A stretch of 64,000 nucleotides of DNA from Candidatus Bathyarchaeota archaeon (GCA_963707955.1 OY970176.1:2282765-2346764); one strand, 5' to 3'; shown: positions 1-10,819, counted from the stretch's first letter. Made by a program: numbers and translations. Notes: generated from the sequence alone by a model not told the origin.

Positions 1-1375
1 CATGTGCCCTCTTCAAAACAGCCTCTCGGGAAAGCAACTCTTGCTTGAGTTCAGCTATCTCTTTCTTCGGGGAATACTTGATGTAGATGGGCACTCCCAC
101 GAGAAGCAAGAGCAGACCTAATGCGATCTGCGTCAGACTGCACTGTGTGATCAGGTACAAAGAAAACCCTGCACCCAGAACTGGAATGATCAGCCCACCT
201 CTGAGACGGAAACTGGGCTGTGAGACCTTTCTGCGCAGGAAAAAGATCGAGGCACTGGTTGCAAGGTAAGAAGCCGCCATGAAAAACACTGAAACAGCAA
301 TCAGCATACCGAGACCGCCAATAGTCGGAGCCACTGAAGCTGCAACAAACGCCGCGGCACCCTCAATTATTATCCCCAGGTAAGGAGTCTTGAACCTTGC
401 ATGAACCTTCGCAAACACTTTAGGAAAGAGACCGTCTGCAGCAAGCGCATACCCAAGTCTTGACGTACCTATCATTCCAGACTCATCAGACCCAGCAACT
501 GAAACCAACGCCCCACCCCCGACTATGTATAGACATATCGCTGCCAAGATCGGCAATGAGACAAGCGCCGCCGTTGTCGCATCGGCCAAAGGAGCGTTGG
601 AACCACCCAACTTGTAAGATGGCATTATTCCAAAAAGCAAAATGTTCGTTATCAAATAGAAGATTGTCACGATTGTGATCCCAACCACTATGGCCTTCGG
701 AATCGTTTTCCCAGGATCCTTTATCTCCCCTGCTGGTATAGTTGAGATTTCGAAACCAGCATAGGCCCAGAACACCAGAACGACAGTTATCCCGAAACTT
801 CCCAACCCACCTGGCAAGAACGGCGTAAAATTCCCGGCTGCTGCAATAGGATGTAGAACCACGAAGAATATGCCAATAATCGCGAAAAGAACCAGCGGGA
901 CCAGCTTAACCACAGTCAAGACGTCATTCGTCTTCCCAGCTGCTTTGACCCCAACGACATTCGTTATGACCAGAAAAGCCACGAACAGTCCCTTGACAAG
1001 CGTCTGAATAGGAAAGGAAAGGCTGAGAAAAACCCCCAAATACTGCACGAACGCCAATGGAAAAACAGCTAACGATACCCATTCAGCCAGCCACAGCGAC
1101 CAGCCGACCGTGAATCCGGCAAACGGTCCCCAAGCTTCTTTCGCGTATGCATATGGACCACCGACTTTCGGAAGCAGGGCAGCACACTGAGCGAAACACA
1201 GGGCGATCACGATCGCTATGATTCCACAGAAGACCCAGACCACCAACGAGAAAGGTCCCAAGTATTTGGCTCCAAACGCTGAAGCCACGTAAATGTCAGC
1301 ACCTATGATGGCTCCAACAACCAGATTCGTCACGTCAAAAAGTGTGAGCTCCGACTTAAGATCAACCTTAGACAT
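1..1375 (-). CDS. APC-family amino acid permease (3' end runs off the window)
   Basis: Manual translation from ATG 1375: MSKVDLKSELTLFDVTNLVVGAIIGADIYVASAFGAKYLGP..., with GFEISTIPAGEIKDPGKTIPKA and TSRLGYALAADGLFPKVFAKVHARFKTPY motifs typical of APC permeases; frame is open at the window edge. Confidence 0.9.
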   Translation of the reverse strand, partial: MSKVDLKSELTLFDVTNLVVGAIIGADIYVASAFGAKYLGPFSLVVWVFCGIIAIVIALCFAQCAALLPKVGGPYAYAKEAWGPFAGFTVGWSLWLAEWVSLAVFPLAFVQYLGVFLSLSFPIQTLVKGLFVAFLVITNVVGVKAAGKTNDVLTVVKLVPLVLFAIIGIFFVVLHPIAAAGNFTPFLPGGLGSFGITVVLVFWAYAGFEISTIPAGEIKDPGKTIPKAIVVGITIVTIFYLITNILLFGIMPSYKLGGSNAPLADATTAALVSLPILAAICLYIVGGGALVSVAGSDESGMIGTSRLGYALAADGLFPKVFAKVHARFKTPYLGIIIEGAAAFVAASVAPTIGGLGMLIAVSVFFMAASYLATSASIFFLRRKVSQPSFRLRGGLIIPVLGAGFSLYLITQCSLTQIALGLLLLLVGVPIYIKYSPKKEIAELKQELLSREAVLKRAH

Positions 1376-1541
1376 CGAAACAAGTTAACAGCAAAACTCA
1401 CATATAAGATATTTCGCTTCGATGCCTAAGCGCGCGCTTGCCACAAATCAACAGGAAATTGCTTGAATATTCAGATTACATTCGTTCTGAAAAACGGAAC
1501 ATAGCCCAACATCCAACGAGGATTTTTAGTCAAAAGGAAGC

Positions 1542-1642
1542 TCAGACATGGCAGTAGGCAGACTCTTGACACGTTGATTAGTGAAGAGGCTTACTTGCTT
1601 GCAAAGTTTCTGAGGCATGAACGGGAAACATGGGTTCCAAGA
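1542..1642 (+). pseudogene. Gene fragment resembling the C-terminus of archaeal solo Cas1 (copy 1)
   Basis: LRHGSRQTLDTLISEEAYLLAKFLRHERETWVPR; near-identical to 12814-12942(-); family assignment is from memory only. Confidence 0.5.
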
Positions 1643-1882
1643 GAAGAGAGCGCACGCGACGTCAAAGAAGTGAAAGAAATACTTGATGGAAAACGAGATT
1701 ACGCACTGAATTATGAACCTCCAATAGACGTGAACCTGAATGAAAAGAAAGAACAGCAGAAAAAACGTGTTTGGACAATTGACTTAGACACTCTTACAGG
1801 TCACAGAGCGCGCGACATACTTGCGGATTTCCTTTCTTTTTCGAAATAGCTTGACTTGCACATGTCACAGACCTTCTTAGAT

Positions 1883-2662
1883 CTAGATTTTATCAGGCTT
1901 GGCAGATGCGTCTTGTTTGTACGATTTGTCGTAGAAGAGATCTGGATCCATCTTCAGATACTCCACGTACAATTCTATTAGCTGTCTTAACTTGACTAGC
2001 TCAAGCGTGGCTTCTCCAACCTTGACAGTTTTCATTATTCCTCGTGCAATACAAGGATTCGTCAACTTTGCAAAATCTGGGTAAGGACCAAAATCCCATT
2101 CCCACTCGCCCTCAGGATACTTCTCAATGAGCCAATGTGGCGGAGTGATCTTCTCTAGGATGCGCTCAGGGAGTTGGACAAGTTTCTCAGCCAAGTGCAT
2201 GGCAGTACAGCTTTCTAGGCCGACGCCGATGAGCAGTATGTAACCGTCCCGGTCAAGCAGTCTATGCCAGCCTTCTGACAGTTCTTTTGCGTTCGGTCCT
2301 AGAGCTGCGATAGAGTTGCTGGGATGAGAGCCGCGGACTACACCCTTCCTCTTTCTAAAAGTCTCGGGAATTATGCCCGTTCTTACGGGTGTCTCCTTAG
2401 GATCATACGGTAGAAGCTTAAGCAACCATGAAACCCCTATCGCAATCTCCTCAGGTGTCCTTCGATCTTCAGACACGTTTGCAGAATGCGTCGACATTAC
2501 TATGTTTCCTTCCTGCCCAACAATCTCCAAGAGAGCATCGATAACAGCATCAGCCCCGCCCTCAACGTGCCCGAAACGCCTCAAGGAGCTGTGAACGCCA
2601 ACAGAGTCGCCTTTCTTCAACCCCAGTGTCCTTAGGCCAGCCTTAATATGCTCCTTATTCAC
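1883..2662 (-). CDS. AAC(3)/YokD-family N-acetyltransferase
   Basis: LGLKKGDSVGVHSSLRRFG, GIIPETFR, SHPSNSIAALG, ILLIGVGLESCTAMHLAE motifs. Confidence 0.9.
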   Translation of the reverse strand: MNKEHIKAGLRTLGLKKGDSVGVHSSLRRFGHVEGGADAVIDALLEIVGQEGNIVMSTHSANVSEDRRTPEEIAIGVSWLLKLLPYDPKETPVRTGIIPETFRKRKGVVRGSHPSNSIAALGPNAKELSEGWHRLLDRDGYILLIGVGLESCTAMHLAEKLVQLPERILEKITPPHWLIEKYPEGEWEWDFGPYPDFAKLTNPCIARGIMKTVKVGEATLELVKLRQLIELYVEYLKMDPDLFYDKSYKQDASAKPDKI

Positions 2663-2734
2663 TGACTCCAGATTTCCCTCTCCGCTGCATTCATTCGACG
2701 CTTAGCGCGCCGGCTAACTTTTCCGACATATCCA

Positions 2735-2867
2735 ATGTTGGTTGGTTTGGATAAGACTTTACCCTTTTTCTCTCTCCTACTCTACCTTCCTCTCTACCTC
2801 TCTTATTCTACTCCTCTTCTCACAAAACTGCACAATAAACTATAACTCACACACAAAGAGCGCGCGC
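2735..2867 (-). repeat. Low-complexity TG/AG tract with GGGTAAAGTCTTATCC pseudo-palindrome (copy 1 of 4)
   Basis: Same layout as 6370-6530, 10810-10957 and 16761-16900. Confidence 0.55.
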
Positions 2868-2973
2868 CCGCCCCGTAGGAGAAAAGTGTTAGCGATGGAG
2901 ATGGACGTTGAAGCTTCTTTCGTAAACTTTTTACCACTGCAAGTTCACCTATTGCTTAGAGAGAGGAGTTAAA

Positions 2974-5900
2974 TTGTCTAGGAAGACTGTTTCTGCAATA
3001 ATGCTATTTTTGTTGGTGATAAGCACATTAACATTGGCATTTAAGATTCAATCAGTCAAAGCAGACGATGGAACTGTCTACGTTAATGCTGACGGAAGCA
3101 TAAGCCCGATCAGCGGCAATGTTGTCACAAATGTCACTTCGTTCGAGGCCATTAGATGGCAGGAAAAAACGTTCTTCGCTGCTGGAAGGTACTGGCTTTT
3201 TTATGTTGACGGAGGTTACCCCACAGAGAGCTCCTTGCCGAGCTCCACGATGTATTATACGACAAGCACGGATGGAGTTTCTTGGACCCCTCCGACCGCA
3301 CTTGCATCTGGTCTCAGTGAAAACTCTGGAGAAAACGTACAGGCATTTCTAAGCAATAGTGGATATCTCCAAGTTTTTTATAGGATTAATAATGAGCTTT
3401 TCTACCGCATGGGGAGTCCCAACTCAGACGGTTCAATAACGTGGGCGACACCTAGCTGGCAACTCGTCTTCAATGCTAATGCAGCAGAAGGAGAAGCAAG
3501 CGGTACGTGTGACTTTTTCGCAATAGTCGACTCTAACAATTATCCTTGGGTTTCTTGGGGGTACGTCCAAGAGCCGATACAGTTGCTCAATCCTTCAGAC
3601 ACTAAAATGTACGTTTGGAAAGACGCGTTTAACAATGGCACGTGGCAGACTGCCTCAGGCTTTCCCTATAACGTAGGCACTGGCAACTATACAAACGACT
3701 TGATGATTCCGCTTTCGAACGGTCAAAATTACGTAATGTACTTTCTTGATAATCCCCCCTTAAGCGGTCAGATCTATGGTGAACTGTGGAACGGCACTGC
3801 GTGGGGGCCTCAGGAAACATGCACAACCAGTCAGGTGAATGAGCAATACGTTTGGGGACAGGAATCCTGGGACAGAACTGCAGTTGCGGATTCAAACGAT
3901 AACATATACCTGGCTTTTTTGTCCACAACACTGAACTTGGTTTTTGTCGAGCGCACGATGAGCGGTGGATGGACTAGCGAAACAATCGTGCAAGGTGGCT
4001 GTGGCATTTATTCGTCTCCTTCATTCAACTTATACGACGACAACCTGCGACTGTTTTGGATTAACAGTTCCACCTCAATATGCTACAAGAAATACGTTGG
4101 CGGCGTATGGGATACTGACCCGACTTTGATAGTGAATGAAACAAACTCTCAGATTGCAGTCGGCACCTCCGTCGACGGCACGGATGATGGACGTTTAAAC
4201 GCTTTCACAATGTCTCTTGATGGTAGCATTGGCTTGTTGTGGGTAAACAATCAAACAGTGACGAACACTGGTCAAATAATGTTCGGGCTTCAACCGCAGA
4301 CAGCACTGACATTCTCAAACATCGGTTTAAGCAGCACAGTAGCAAATTCGACTTGCACGTTCAGCTGTTGTTGGACCGACACGCAAGGACTTGGTGCGTT
4401 CATTTTCTCGACAAACAATACCGGCAACTGGCAGAACGACTCCACGGTGAGTCTCAGTGGCACTGTCGCGTGGACAAACGTGACGAAGACTTTGAACCCC
4501 ATAGTGGGCACGGTCGTCGGTTACGAATGGTTCGCAAACGACACGAATGGCAACTGGGCATCGACAGGAATTCAAACATTAACAACACACGCGCCCGCTG
4601 GTTATATCTCGACCGAACCCATTTACATACAGGCCGACGGAAGCATACAACCGTCAACAGCGCCGATTTCCAGCGTTGACAACGTGACCTACACGTTAAC
4701 AAACGATATCACGGCAAACGTCACAGCCAGTTCCAGCGCAATCATCATACAAAGAGACAACATCACAATAGACGGAGCAGGCCACACGCTGCAAGACTCA
4801 GGAGCTTCAGACTCCGAAGGAATAGATTTGACAGGAAGAAGCAACGTAACAATCAAAAACATGCAAATCACAGCATTCTATTATGGCATCGATCTCAATT
4901 CTTCTTCTAACAACAGCGTGAGCGGAAACAACATAACAAGCAACAGCTGGGCTGGCATCTGGCTCGATTCTTCTTCTGATAATAATAGCGTGAGCGGAAA
5001 CTCGTTTGTTAATTGCGGCTTACTTGTGTTTGATTCCTATGGGAATGTGGTGACTGATAACTTGGTGAACGGTAAACCCTTGGTCTATCTTGAAGATGTG
5101 TCAGACTATGCGGTTGGGGACGCTGGGCAAGTCATACTCGTCAACTGTAACAACGTAACCGTGGAAAACCTCAACCTATACAACACTAACACAGGCGTTG
5201 AACTATGGGAAACAAACAACACCACAATCTCAGATAACGACATAACAGCAAACACCAACGACGGTATCTCGTTCTATTCTTCTGCTAATAATAACGTGAG
5301 CGGAAACAACGTAACAAACGACGGTGCTGGCGTCGATTTCGATTCTTCTTCTGCTAATAATAGTGTGAGCGGAAACAACATAACAAACGACGGCTATGGC
5401 ATCATGCTCTTTTCTTCTGCTAATAATAGCGTGAGCGGAAACAACATAACGAACAACGGCTATGGCATCATGCTCTTTTCTTCTGATAATGATAATAGCG
5501 TGAGCGGAAACAACATAACGAACAACAGCTGGGCTGGCATCTATCTCCTTTCTTCTGCTAATAATAGTGTGAGCGGAAACAACATAACGAACAACGGCTA
5601 TGGCATGATGCTCTTTTCTTCTGCTAATAATGGCGTGAGCGGAAACAACATAACAAGGAACAGCTGGGCTGGCGTCTATATCGATTATTCTGATAATAAT
5701 AGTGTGAGCGGAAACAACATAACAAACAACAGGGTTGGCATTGAGATAGATTCTTCCTCTAAGAATACAGTCTACCATAACAACTTCATAAACAACACCG
5801 GCCAAGTTTATTCTTCTGGCTCGACTAGTGTTTGGGATGTTGGCTATCCCATTTGTGGAAACTACTGGAGCGACTACAACGGCACAGACTTGTACAGCGG

Positions 5901-6372
5901 GCAATATCAGAATGTGACTGGAAGCGACGGCATAGGCGACACACCATACGTTATTGACGCCAATAACACGGATTTTTACCCTCTGATGGGAGGATTCTCA
6001 GACTTCAATGTTGTACAAGGCGTTGATGTTCAGGTTGTGAGCAACTCCACGGTTTCTGATTTTCAGTTCAACGGAACCGCTATACTCTTCAACGTTTCAG
6101 GTACGAATGGGACAACGGGCTTCTGCAACGTGTGCATACCAACAGCCCTGTTAAACGGCACTCTCAGCGTGTTCGTTAATGGGACGCAGGTTCAATACAA
6201 CCTCTTGCCCGTCTCAAACAGCAGTATCAGCTACCTGTACTTCACCTACGGCCACTCAGCAGAACAGGTCATAATAATGCCCGAGTTTCCTGAGCCTCTC
6301 ATCCTAGCAATGTCCATGTTAGCGACACTGTTGACAATTGCAATCTACAAGAAAAAACATAGCCGTTCTTAG
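2974..6372 (+). CDS. Secreted NosD/parallel beta-helix surface protein with N-terminal BNR/propeller-like insert and C-terminal PEF-type membrane anchor
   Basis: Signal peptide; TSTDGVSW Asp-box-like motif; 22-aa SxNNSVSGNNITNN repeats; GNYWSDYNGTD...GDTPY; C-terminus MPEFP + TM + KKK. Confidence 0.9.
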   Translation: MSRKTVSAIMLFLLVISTLTLAFKIQSVKADDGTVYVNADGSISPISGNVVTNVTSFEAIRWQEKTFFAAGRYWLFYVDGGYPTESSLPSSTMYYTTSTDGVSWTPPTALASGLSENSGENVQAFLSNSGYLQVFYRINNELFYRMGSPNSDGSITWATPSWQLVFNANAAEGEASGTCDFFAIVDSNNYPWVSWGYVQEPIQLLNPSDTKMYVWKDAFNNGTWQTASGFPYNVGTGNYTNDLMIPLSNGQNYVMYFLDNPPLSGQIYGELWNGTAWGPQETCTTSQVNEQYVWGQESWDRTAVADSNDNIYLAFLSTTLNLVFVERTMSGGWTSETIVQGGCGIYSSPSFNLYDDNLRLFWINSSTSICYKKYVGGVWDTDPTLIVNETNSQIAVGTSVDGTDDGRLNAFTMSLDGSIGLLWVNNQTVTNTGQIMFGLQPQTALTFSNIGLSSTVANSTCTFSCCWTDTQGLGAFIFSTNNTGNWQNDSTVSLSGTVAWTNVTKTLNPIVGTVVGYEWFANDTNGNWASTGIQTLTTHAPAGYISTEPIYIQADGSIQPSTAPISSVDNVTYTLTNDITANVTASSSAIIIQRDNITIDGAGHTLQDSGASDSEGIDLTGRSNVTIKNMQITAFYYGIDLNSSSNNSVSGNNITSNSWAGIWLDSSSDNNSVSGNSFVNCGLLVFDSYGNVVTDNLVNGKPLVYLEDVSDYAVGDAGQVILVNCNNVTVENLNLYNTNTGVELWETNNTTISDNDITANTNDGISFYSSANNNVSGNNVTNDGAGVDFDSSSANNSVSGNNITNDGYGIMLFSSANNSVSGNNITNNGYGIMLFSSDNDNSVSGNNITNNSWAGIYLLSSANNSVSGNNITNNGYGMMLFSSANNGVSGNNITRNSWAGVYIDYSDNNSVSGNNITNNRVGIEIDSSSKNTVYHNNFINNTGQVYSSGSTSVWDVGYPICGNYWSDYNGTDLYSGQYQNVTGSDGIGDTPYVIDANNTDFYPLMGGFSDFNVVQGVDVQVVSNSTVSDFQFNGTAILFNVSGTNGTTGFCNVCIPTALLNGTLSVFVNGTQVQYNLLPVSNSSISYLYFTYGHSAEQVIIMPEFPEPLILAMSMLATLLTIAIYKKKHSRS
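5240..5790 (+). repeat. Intragenic ~66-bp tandem repeats encoding PbH1 units
   Basis: Repeated tcttctgctaataatagcgtgagcggaaacaacataac units. Confidence 0.9.
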
Positions 6373-6530
6373 CGTCCGCTTTCTGTCTGTGACTGTCTGT
6401 CAGTTTGCGTGTGTTTTTTTTGTTTGTTTGTGTCAAGGTGTAGAAAGTAAGAGAGATAATTAATAGTAAGTAGAATAGTAGAAGGAAGAAGAAGAAAAAG
6501 GCTAACTTTAACCCAAGCCAACCAACAAGA
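6370..6530 (+). repeat. Low-complexity TG/AG tract with GGCTAACTTTAACCC motif (copy 2 of 4)
   Basis: Begins at the NosD stop codon; TCTG/TG-rich, then AG-rich, then the motif and CCAACCAAC. Confidence 0.55.
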
Positions 6531-6562
6531 CTGAACAAACAGAAAAGTATAGACCGCGCTAG

Positions 6563-6796
6563 TTATCTGTGCAATTTTATGACTAACTTGAAATGCTTTG
6601 ATTCCTTTTGGTTGGTAAAGACCTTGCAAGCTTCCAAAATGGCCGCGCAGTGCTTGCATTGAAAAAAGGTCGATTCGCGCTTTGCGATGAGCCAAAAACC
6701 TTCAGCAGATTTGCACTCTGGACAAGCTGCTGGTGATTTGCGGAAGTCTTCAATTTCCCCCAAGCTCAACCTTTCTCCCGAACTGTTTAGAATCAT
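6563..6796 (-). CDS. Small zinc-ribbon protein
   Basis: CPECKS...FFQCKHC double CxxC. Confidence 0.6.
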   Translation of the reverse strand: MILNSSGERLSLGEIEDFRKSPAACPECKSAEGFWLIAKRESTFFQCKHCAAILEACKVFTNQKESKHFKLVIKLHR

Positions 6797-7260
6797 GGTC
6801 CGATTTATCCCTTATGCGGTCCCGCCAATTCATGTCAGCGAGTCCCCCGTAAACGAGGGATCTGTCTTCATCTTGCATTGGGCGAATGCTTATTGCGCGT
6901 CTAGCCGTCACGTTCCTAATCAAACTTGAGCTTGCTTTAAAAGTTTGGTTGAGAAGACTGCGTCTCACCAGCATACTTCAGCACATAGTTTCGTGACGAG
7001 CCAGCGCGCTAATACATTAGTCCATGCCACCGCTAAGTATTAGTGCTTTTCAGTCTAGCAATTTCTTGAAAACTCTCATTGACTAGAGATTACTTCTATC
7101 ACTCCTTTTATGCCAGTTTGACGCGTTTATCCCTTGGAAAAAAACGGTCATGCTAAGACGGACTTCGGGAGATATCTCCACTTTGTGTTTGGTGCAAACC
7201 TTCTGAGTGTGCCGTTTTACTAAAATACAAGAGTTAGCCCCTATTCTATTGGGACCCGCT

Positions 7261-8163
7261 ATGCCCATAAACGAGCTTGACCTTCTTTTAACTTACAAAT
7301 GCAACCTAGAATGCGATCATTGCTTTGTCTTCGGGAGCCCAGATGCAAGAGGTGTGATGAAAATTGCTGACATACGAAAAATATTGAAAGAAGCAAGGAA
7401 GATCAAGAGCATTGACTGGATATATATTGAAGGTGGCGAACCTGTTCTTTACTATCAGATTCTCTTGTGGGGGTTGCGTGAAGCAAAAAAGCAGGGGTTC
7501 AAGACAGGGTTTATTACGAATGCTTATTGGGCGACGTCGATTGAAGATGCAAAAGAATGGCTGAAACCTATTTCAGAAATAGGCATATCTAACGTGATAA
7601 TAAGCGATGACCTCTTCCACTACGGCAAGGAGGAAGAAAACCTTTCGAAATATGCTTTTCAGGCAGCCAAGGAGTTGCGAGTTGCTGTAAGCAACATCAG
7701 TATAGAGCAACCCAAAGAATACATGACTAGGAAAGAATGGAAGGGGAGACCTGTCACAGAAGGAGCTGTGCTATTCAAAGGGAGACCTGCTGAAAAACTC
7801 GTTGAAGGCTTGCCGAGGAGGCCATGGGAGAAATTTGACAAGTGCTTAGACGAGGATTTCTCCAATCAGAAGCGGGTACACATCGACCCCTTCGGGTACG
7901 TTCACCTGTGTCAAGGCATAACCATGGGAAACATGAATAAGACCCCACTGCACCGATTGTTTGAACAGTTCGACCCATACCAGCACCCTATATGCAAACC
8001 AATTCTAAAAGGAGGCCCAGCTGAACTTGTCAGAACATATCATGTTAATCACGAAGAAGCCTATGTGGACGAATGCCACCTCTGCTACTTGACCCGGCTG
8101 AAACTGCGAAAGATGTTCCCAGAGATTCTTGCACCCAACCAGATGTATGGAATCTTCACCTGA
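7261..8163 (+). CDS. Radical SAM protein
   Basis: CNLECDHC, EGGEP, TNAYWA; C-terminal DECHLC. Confidence 0.9.
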   Translation: MPINELDLLLTYKCNLECDHCFVFGSPDARGVMKIADIRKILKEARKIKSIDWIYIEGGEPVLYYQILLWGLREAKKQGFKTGFITNAYWATSIEDAKEWLKPISEIGISNVIISDDLFHYGKEEENLSKYAFQAAKELRVAVSNISIEQPKEYMTRKEWKGRPVTEGAVLFKGRPAEKLVEGLPRRPWEKFDKCLDEDFSNQKRVHIDPFGYVHLCQGITMGNMNKTPLHRLFEQFDPYQHPICKPILKGGPAELVRTYHVNHEEAYVDECHLCYLTRLKLRKMFPEILAPNQMYGIFT

Positions 8164-8244
8164 AACGCACACGCATCTGCATTTCCACGAAGTTAGGGCA
8201 TGTGACAGACTTGACCCCCTCTTCCAAGCGCATTTCGCACGCGC

Positions 8245-8364
8245 GACTTAGACCCGAATGGGTTTGAGTCCACTGCTTTAAAAATCCTGTAACCAGCATT
8301 CTCTTTGTTCAGGCCAACTGGTTCAGAGCTACTCGACCCCATACCCAAAAGGGTTCAGGTCCTA
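8245..8364 (-). repeat. ~120-bp dispersed att-like element, copy A
   Basis: Reverse complement matches the core agctctgaaccagttggcc...caaagagaatgctggttacagga...aagcagtggactc; ends at CGCGCG. Confidence 0.9.
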
Positions 8365-8482
8365 GCATGCGCGGCGCAGTGCCCAAACCAAGAACGCAGC
8401 ACGTGCTATATGTCGGTTGGCTATTTGTTTCGTTCGAGAAGTCTTATAAGGACAGATATTGGATATTCAAAAGCCAAGGAGC

Positions 8483-9265
8483 ATGATAGATTTGAAGAAG
8501 GCATTTGTAGCGGCATTGACAGTTGTGATGGTGTGCATGTTTCAAATAATGATTCTTCCAGCCATGGCGCAATACGCATGCGGTCTTCAAAGTGGAAAAT
8601 ACGCCAAGTATGACTGGTCAATAACATACTCAGCGATGGGGCAAAGCTACAGCATGAGCGGAACCTTGGACGTCAACATTCAATCTGTATCTGGATCTAG
8701 TTATTCGGGCACGTTTGAGGAGGCCGTAACTGGAGGAAGTGTGCCAACAGGCATATTAACTATCCCTGAAAGCAATCAGACCTTTTCAGGGGATGTCGGA
8801 TCAGGTTCTGGAATCACTGGTTTCATCGATCCTCTTGCAATACCGGCTAACATGACAGCAGGAAGCAGCATTCCAGGTGTTGGCAGTGTGCAGCAAATCG
8901 GAAGTTGGGGCGGCAGAAGCGCAGTCGTACTGTATTCAAGCGGGCTCAGCCTTGGTCAGGGGAACTGGTATTATGATGAAACCACAGGGATATTCCTGTC
9001 TGCAACGACCACATTTGGTTATGGAGGTGTCTATTCGCTTAATTACAAGTTGGAGATGGTCGGAACTGATCTTTGGAGCGGTGGATTTGGCGGTGGTGGT
9101 CTTCTTGGACTTGACCCATGGATATGGGCCGTAATTATCGTAATCATAGTGGCTGCTGTTGCTGCTGTTGCTGCTGTGGCAGTAAGGATGCGTAGGAAGA
9201 AGCTGCCTACTGCTCCCACTCCAACTCCACTTCAACCGCCTCCTCCTCCGACGCCGCCAGCATGA
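8483..9265 (+). CDS. Secreted/membrane-anchored protein with Pro-rich cytoplasmic tail
   Basis: Signal peptide; WYYDETTGIFL motif; C-terminal TM + RRKK + poly-Pro. Confidence 0.8.
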   Translation: MIDLKKAFVAALTVVMVCMFQIMILPAMAQYACGLQSGKYAKYDWSITYSAMGQSYSMSGTLDVNIQSVSGSSYSGTFEEAVTGGSVPTGILTIPESNQTFSGDVGSGSGITGFIDPLAIPANMTAGSSIPGVGSVQQIGSWGGRSAVVLYSSGLSLGQGNWYYDETTGIFLSATTTFGYGGVYSLNYKLEMVGTDLWSGGFGGGGLLGLDPWIWAVIIVIIVAAVAAVAAVAVRMRRKKLPTAPTPTPLQPPPPPTPPA

Positions 9266-9715
9266 TCTGACGGAACTACAAGGCATTACAAATTCCCGCA
9301 CGCGCTTTTCTAATTAGAAATAGAAGCGGCTATTAGGCTAGGCAAATCCATTCGTTCAATCTTGAAGTCTCGCGCCATCCATTGGACATTTGAGCGGATA
9401 ATTCTCTTTGCTCAACATTCGTTGGCTGTCGTAACATCAAGAAAGACGGAAATGGGGTACTTGCAAGAATTGAAAGAGAATCCTACTCCTTCTAAAAGTC
9501 TATAGACTGAAGTTCTGATTGAGTTACAGCATGCTCTGCTTAAAGGGACGCCCTCGCAACAAAGATTTCTCAAACTCTTGTTAAGATGTCAAAGAACTTG
9601 TTGAGCGCGCGCTTTCCAGCAAGATTCACTACAACCAGCTCAAAACTATTCCACAAGCTTCGGAAACACTTTTTTGTGTAGGCTGACAAGACTGAAGCAG
9701 GGTGTAGAGTCGAAC

Positions 9716-10741
9716 ATGCATCATCCAAGGATAAAGGGTTCATACTGCGAAATGGGATGCAGGTATGGAGCCATACTGCATAGGCATGGCTTCAAAGTTT
9801 CAGCACAACCAAAGGAAAAACTTGACTTTGCCCTTGAATCTGAGTCCGAAGTAAAAAGAATCTTTCCAGAAATATTGGACGAAATACGAGGCTTCGCAGA
9901 AGGCTGCCATGCTTCATACCAAGACATGGCATCTTTCATGATGACAATTGGAGCATTCAAGCCTCAACCAATGTGTAGCAGCTTCGCCGCGTTCAACGGC
10001 TCCGATGTGATATTCGGGAGAAACTATGACTTCTTTTACAGCTTCAAGAAGTACACGGAAAGCTATCTGACTGCGCCGCAGGACGCATTTATCAGTCTGG
10101 GGCATTCTGATGTCTTCATAGGAAGAGAAGACGGAATCAACGAAAATGGCTTGGCCATCGCAATGACGGGCGTGTGTGAGAAAAAGGTCAAACCTGGAAT
10201 CAGCTTCGTACTGGCAGTGAGGCTCGTACTCGACAAGTGCGCAAATGTCAAAGAAGCCGCAAAAAGCCTTTTGAACATGCATGCGTCGGCTGACGCCAAC
10301 TTTCTGTTAGCTGACAAAGCAGGCGACATGGCCGTTGCCGAAGTCTCGCCGGACAAGGTTATGATCCGCAAACCAAAGAATGACGAGAACTTCATCGTTT
10401 GCACAAACCATTTCGTTCTTCCTGAAATGCAGCAGTACGAGGACTTGGAGCGCCGAAGCAGAGAAAATTGGGACACGATACCACGTTACGATGCAATATC
10501 TGAAGGCGTACGCAGGGCAGGAAGCAAGATGAATTTTGAGAAAGCGCAAAGGATAATGTCAGACCACACTGGCTGGGTATGTTCTCATCAGGACAACAAA
10601 AAGCTAGGAACGTTATGGTCGATAACAGCTGGCCTCAAGAATCTTGAAGTGTTCCGAGCTGAAGGAAATCCTTGCCGAACGAAATACAGAGAAGACCCGA
10701 GACTCAAAAGAGAAGCTCAGAAACAGAAACGCAAGAGCTAG
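9716..10741 (+). CDS. Peptidase C45 / Ntn-hydrolase family protein
   Basis: CSSFA (autocleavage nucleophile), GRNYD, DGINENGL, CTNHF. Confidence 0.9.
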   Translation: MHHPRIKGSYCEMGCRYGAILHRHGFKVSAQPKEKLDFALESESEVKRIFPEILDEIRGFAEGCHASYQDMASFMMTIGAFKPQPMCSSFAAFNGSDVIFGRNYDFFYSFKKYTESYLTAPQDAFISLGHSDVFIGREDGINENGLAIAMTGVCEKKVKPGISFVLAVRLVLDKCANVKEAAKSLLNMHASADANFLLADKAGDMAVAEVSPDKVMIRKPKNDENFIVCTNHFVLPEMQQYEDLERRSRENWDTIPRYDAISEGVRRAGSKMNFEKAQRIMSDHTGWVCSHQDNKKLGTLWSITAGLKNLEVFRAEGNPCRTKYREDPRLKREAQKQKRKS

Positions 10742-10750
10742 CGTACGCGG

Positions 10751-10819
10751 ACAACTGATGAGTACTGTAAGTTGGTGGAGGCAGGATTCAGCTACGTGTG
10801 TGACGTTGGTGATAGTTAG
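10751..10819 (+). pseudogene. Fragment resembling the extreme C-terminus of an archaeal tyrosine integrase
   Basis: TTDEYCKLVEAGFSYVCDVGDS*; begins right after GCGTACGCG; assignment is from memory of the LxEAGFEYV tail motif. Confidence 0.45.

Noticed and set aside
1574-1849. 91-aa ORF as a real gene
   Set aside because: It appears to be a chimera of the Cas1-like fragment and another fragment joined at GCGCACGCG.
1883-2662. Aminoglycoside resistance gene
   Set aside because: Family membership alone does not establish substrate; YokD-like homologues are widespread.
5240-5790. DGR template/variable repeat pair
   Set aside because: No reverse transcriptase in the window, and the differences are not adenine-specific by eye.
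5230-5904. 224-aa repetitive antisense ORF
   Set aside because: Shadow of the PbH1 repeats on the + strand.
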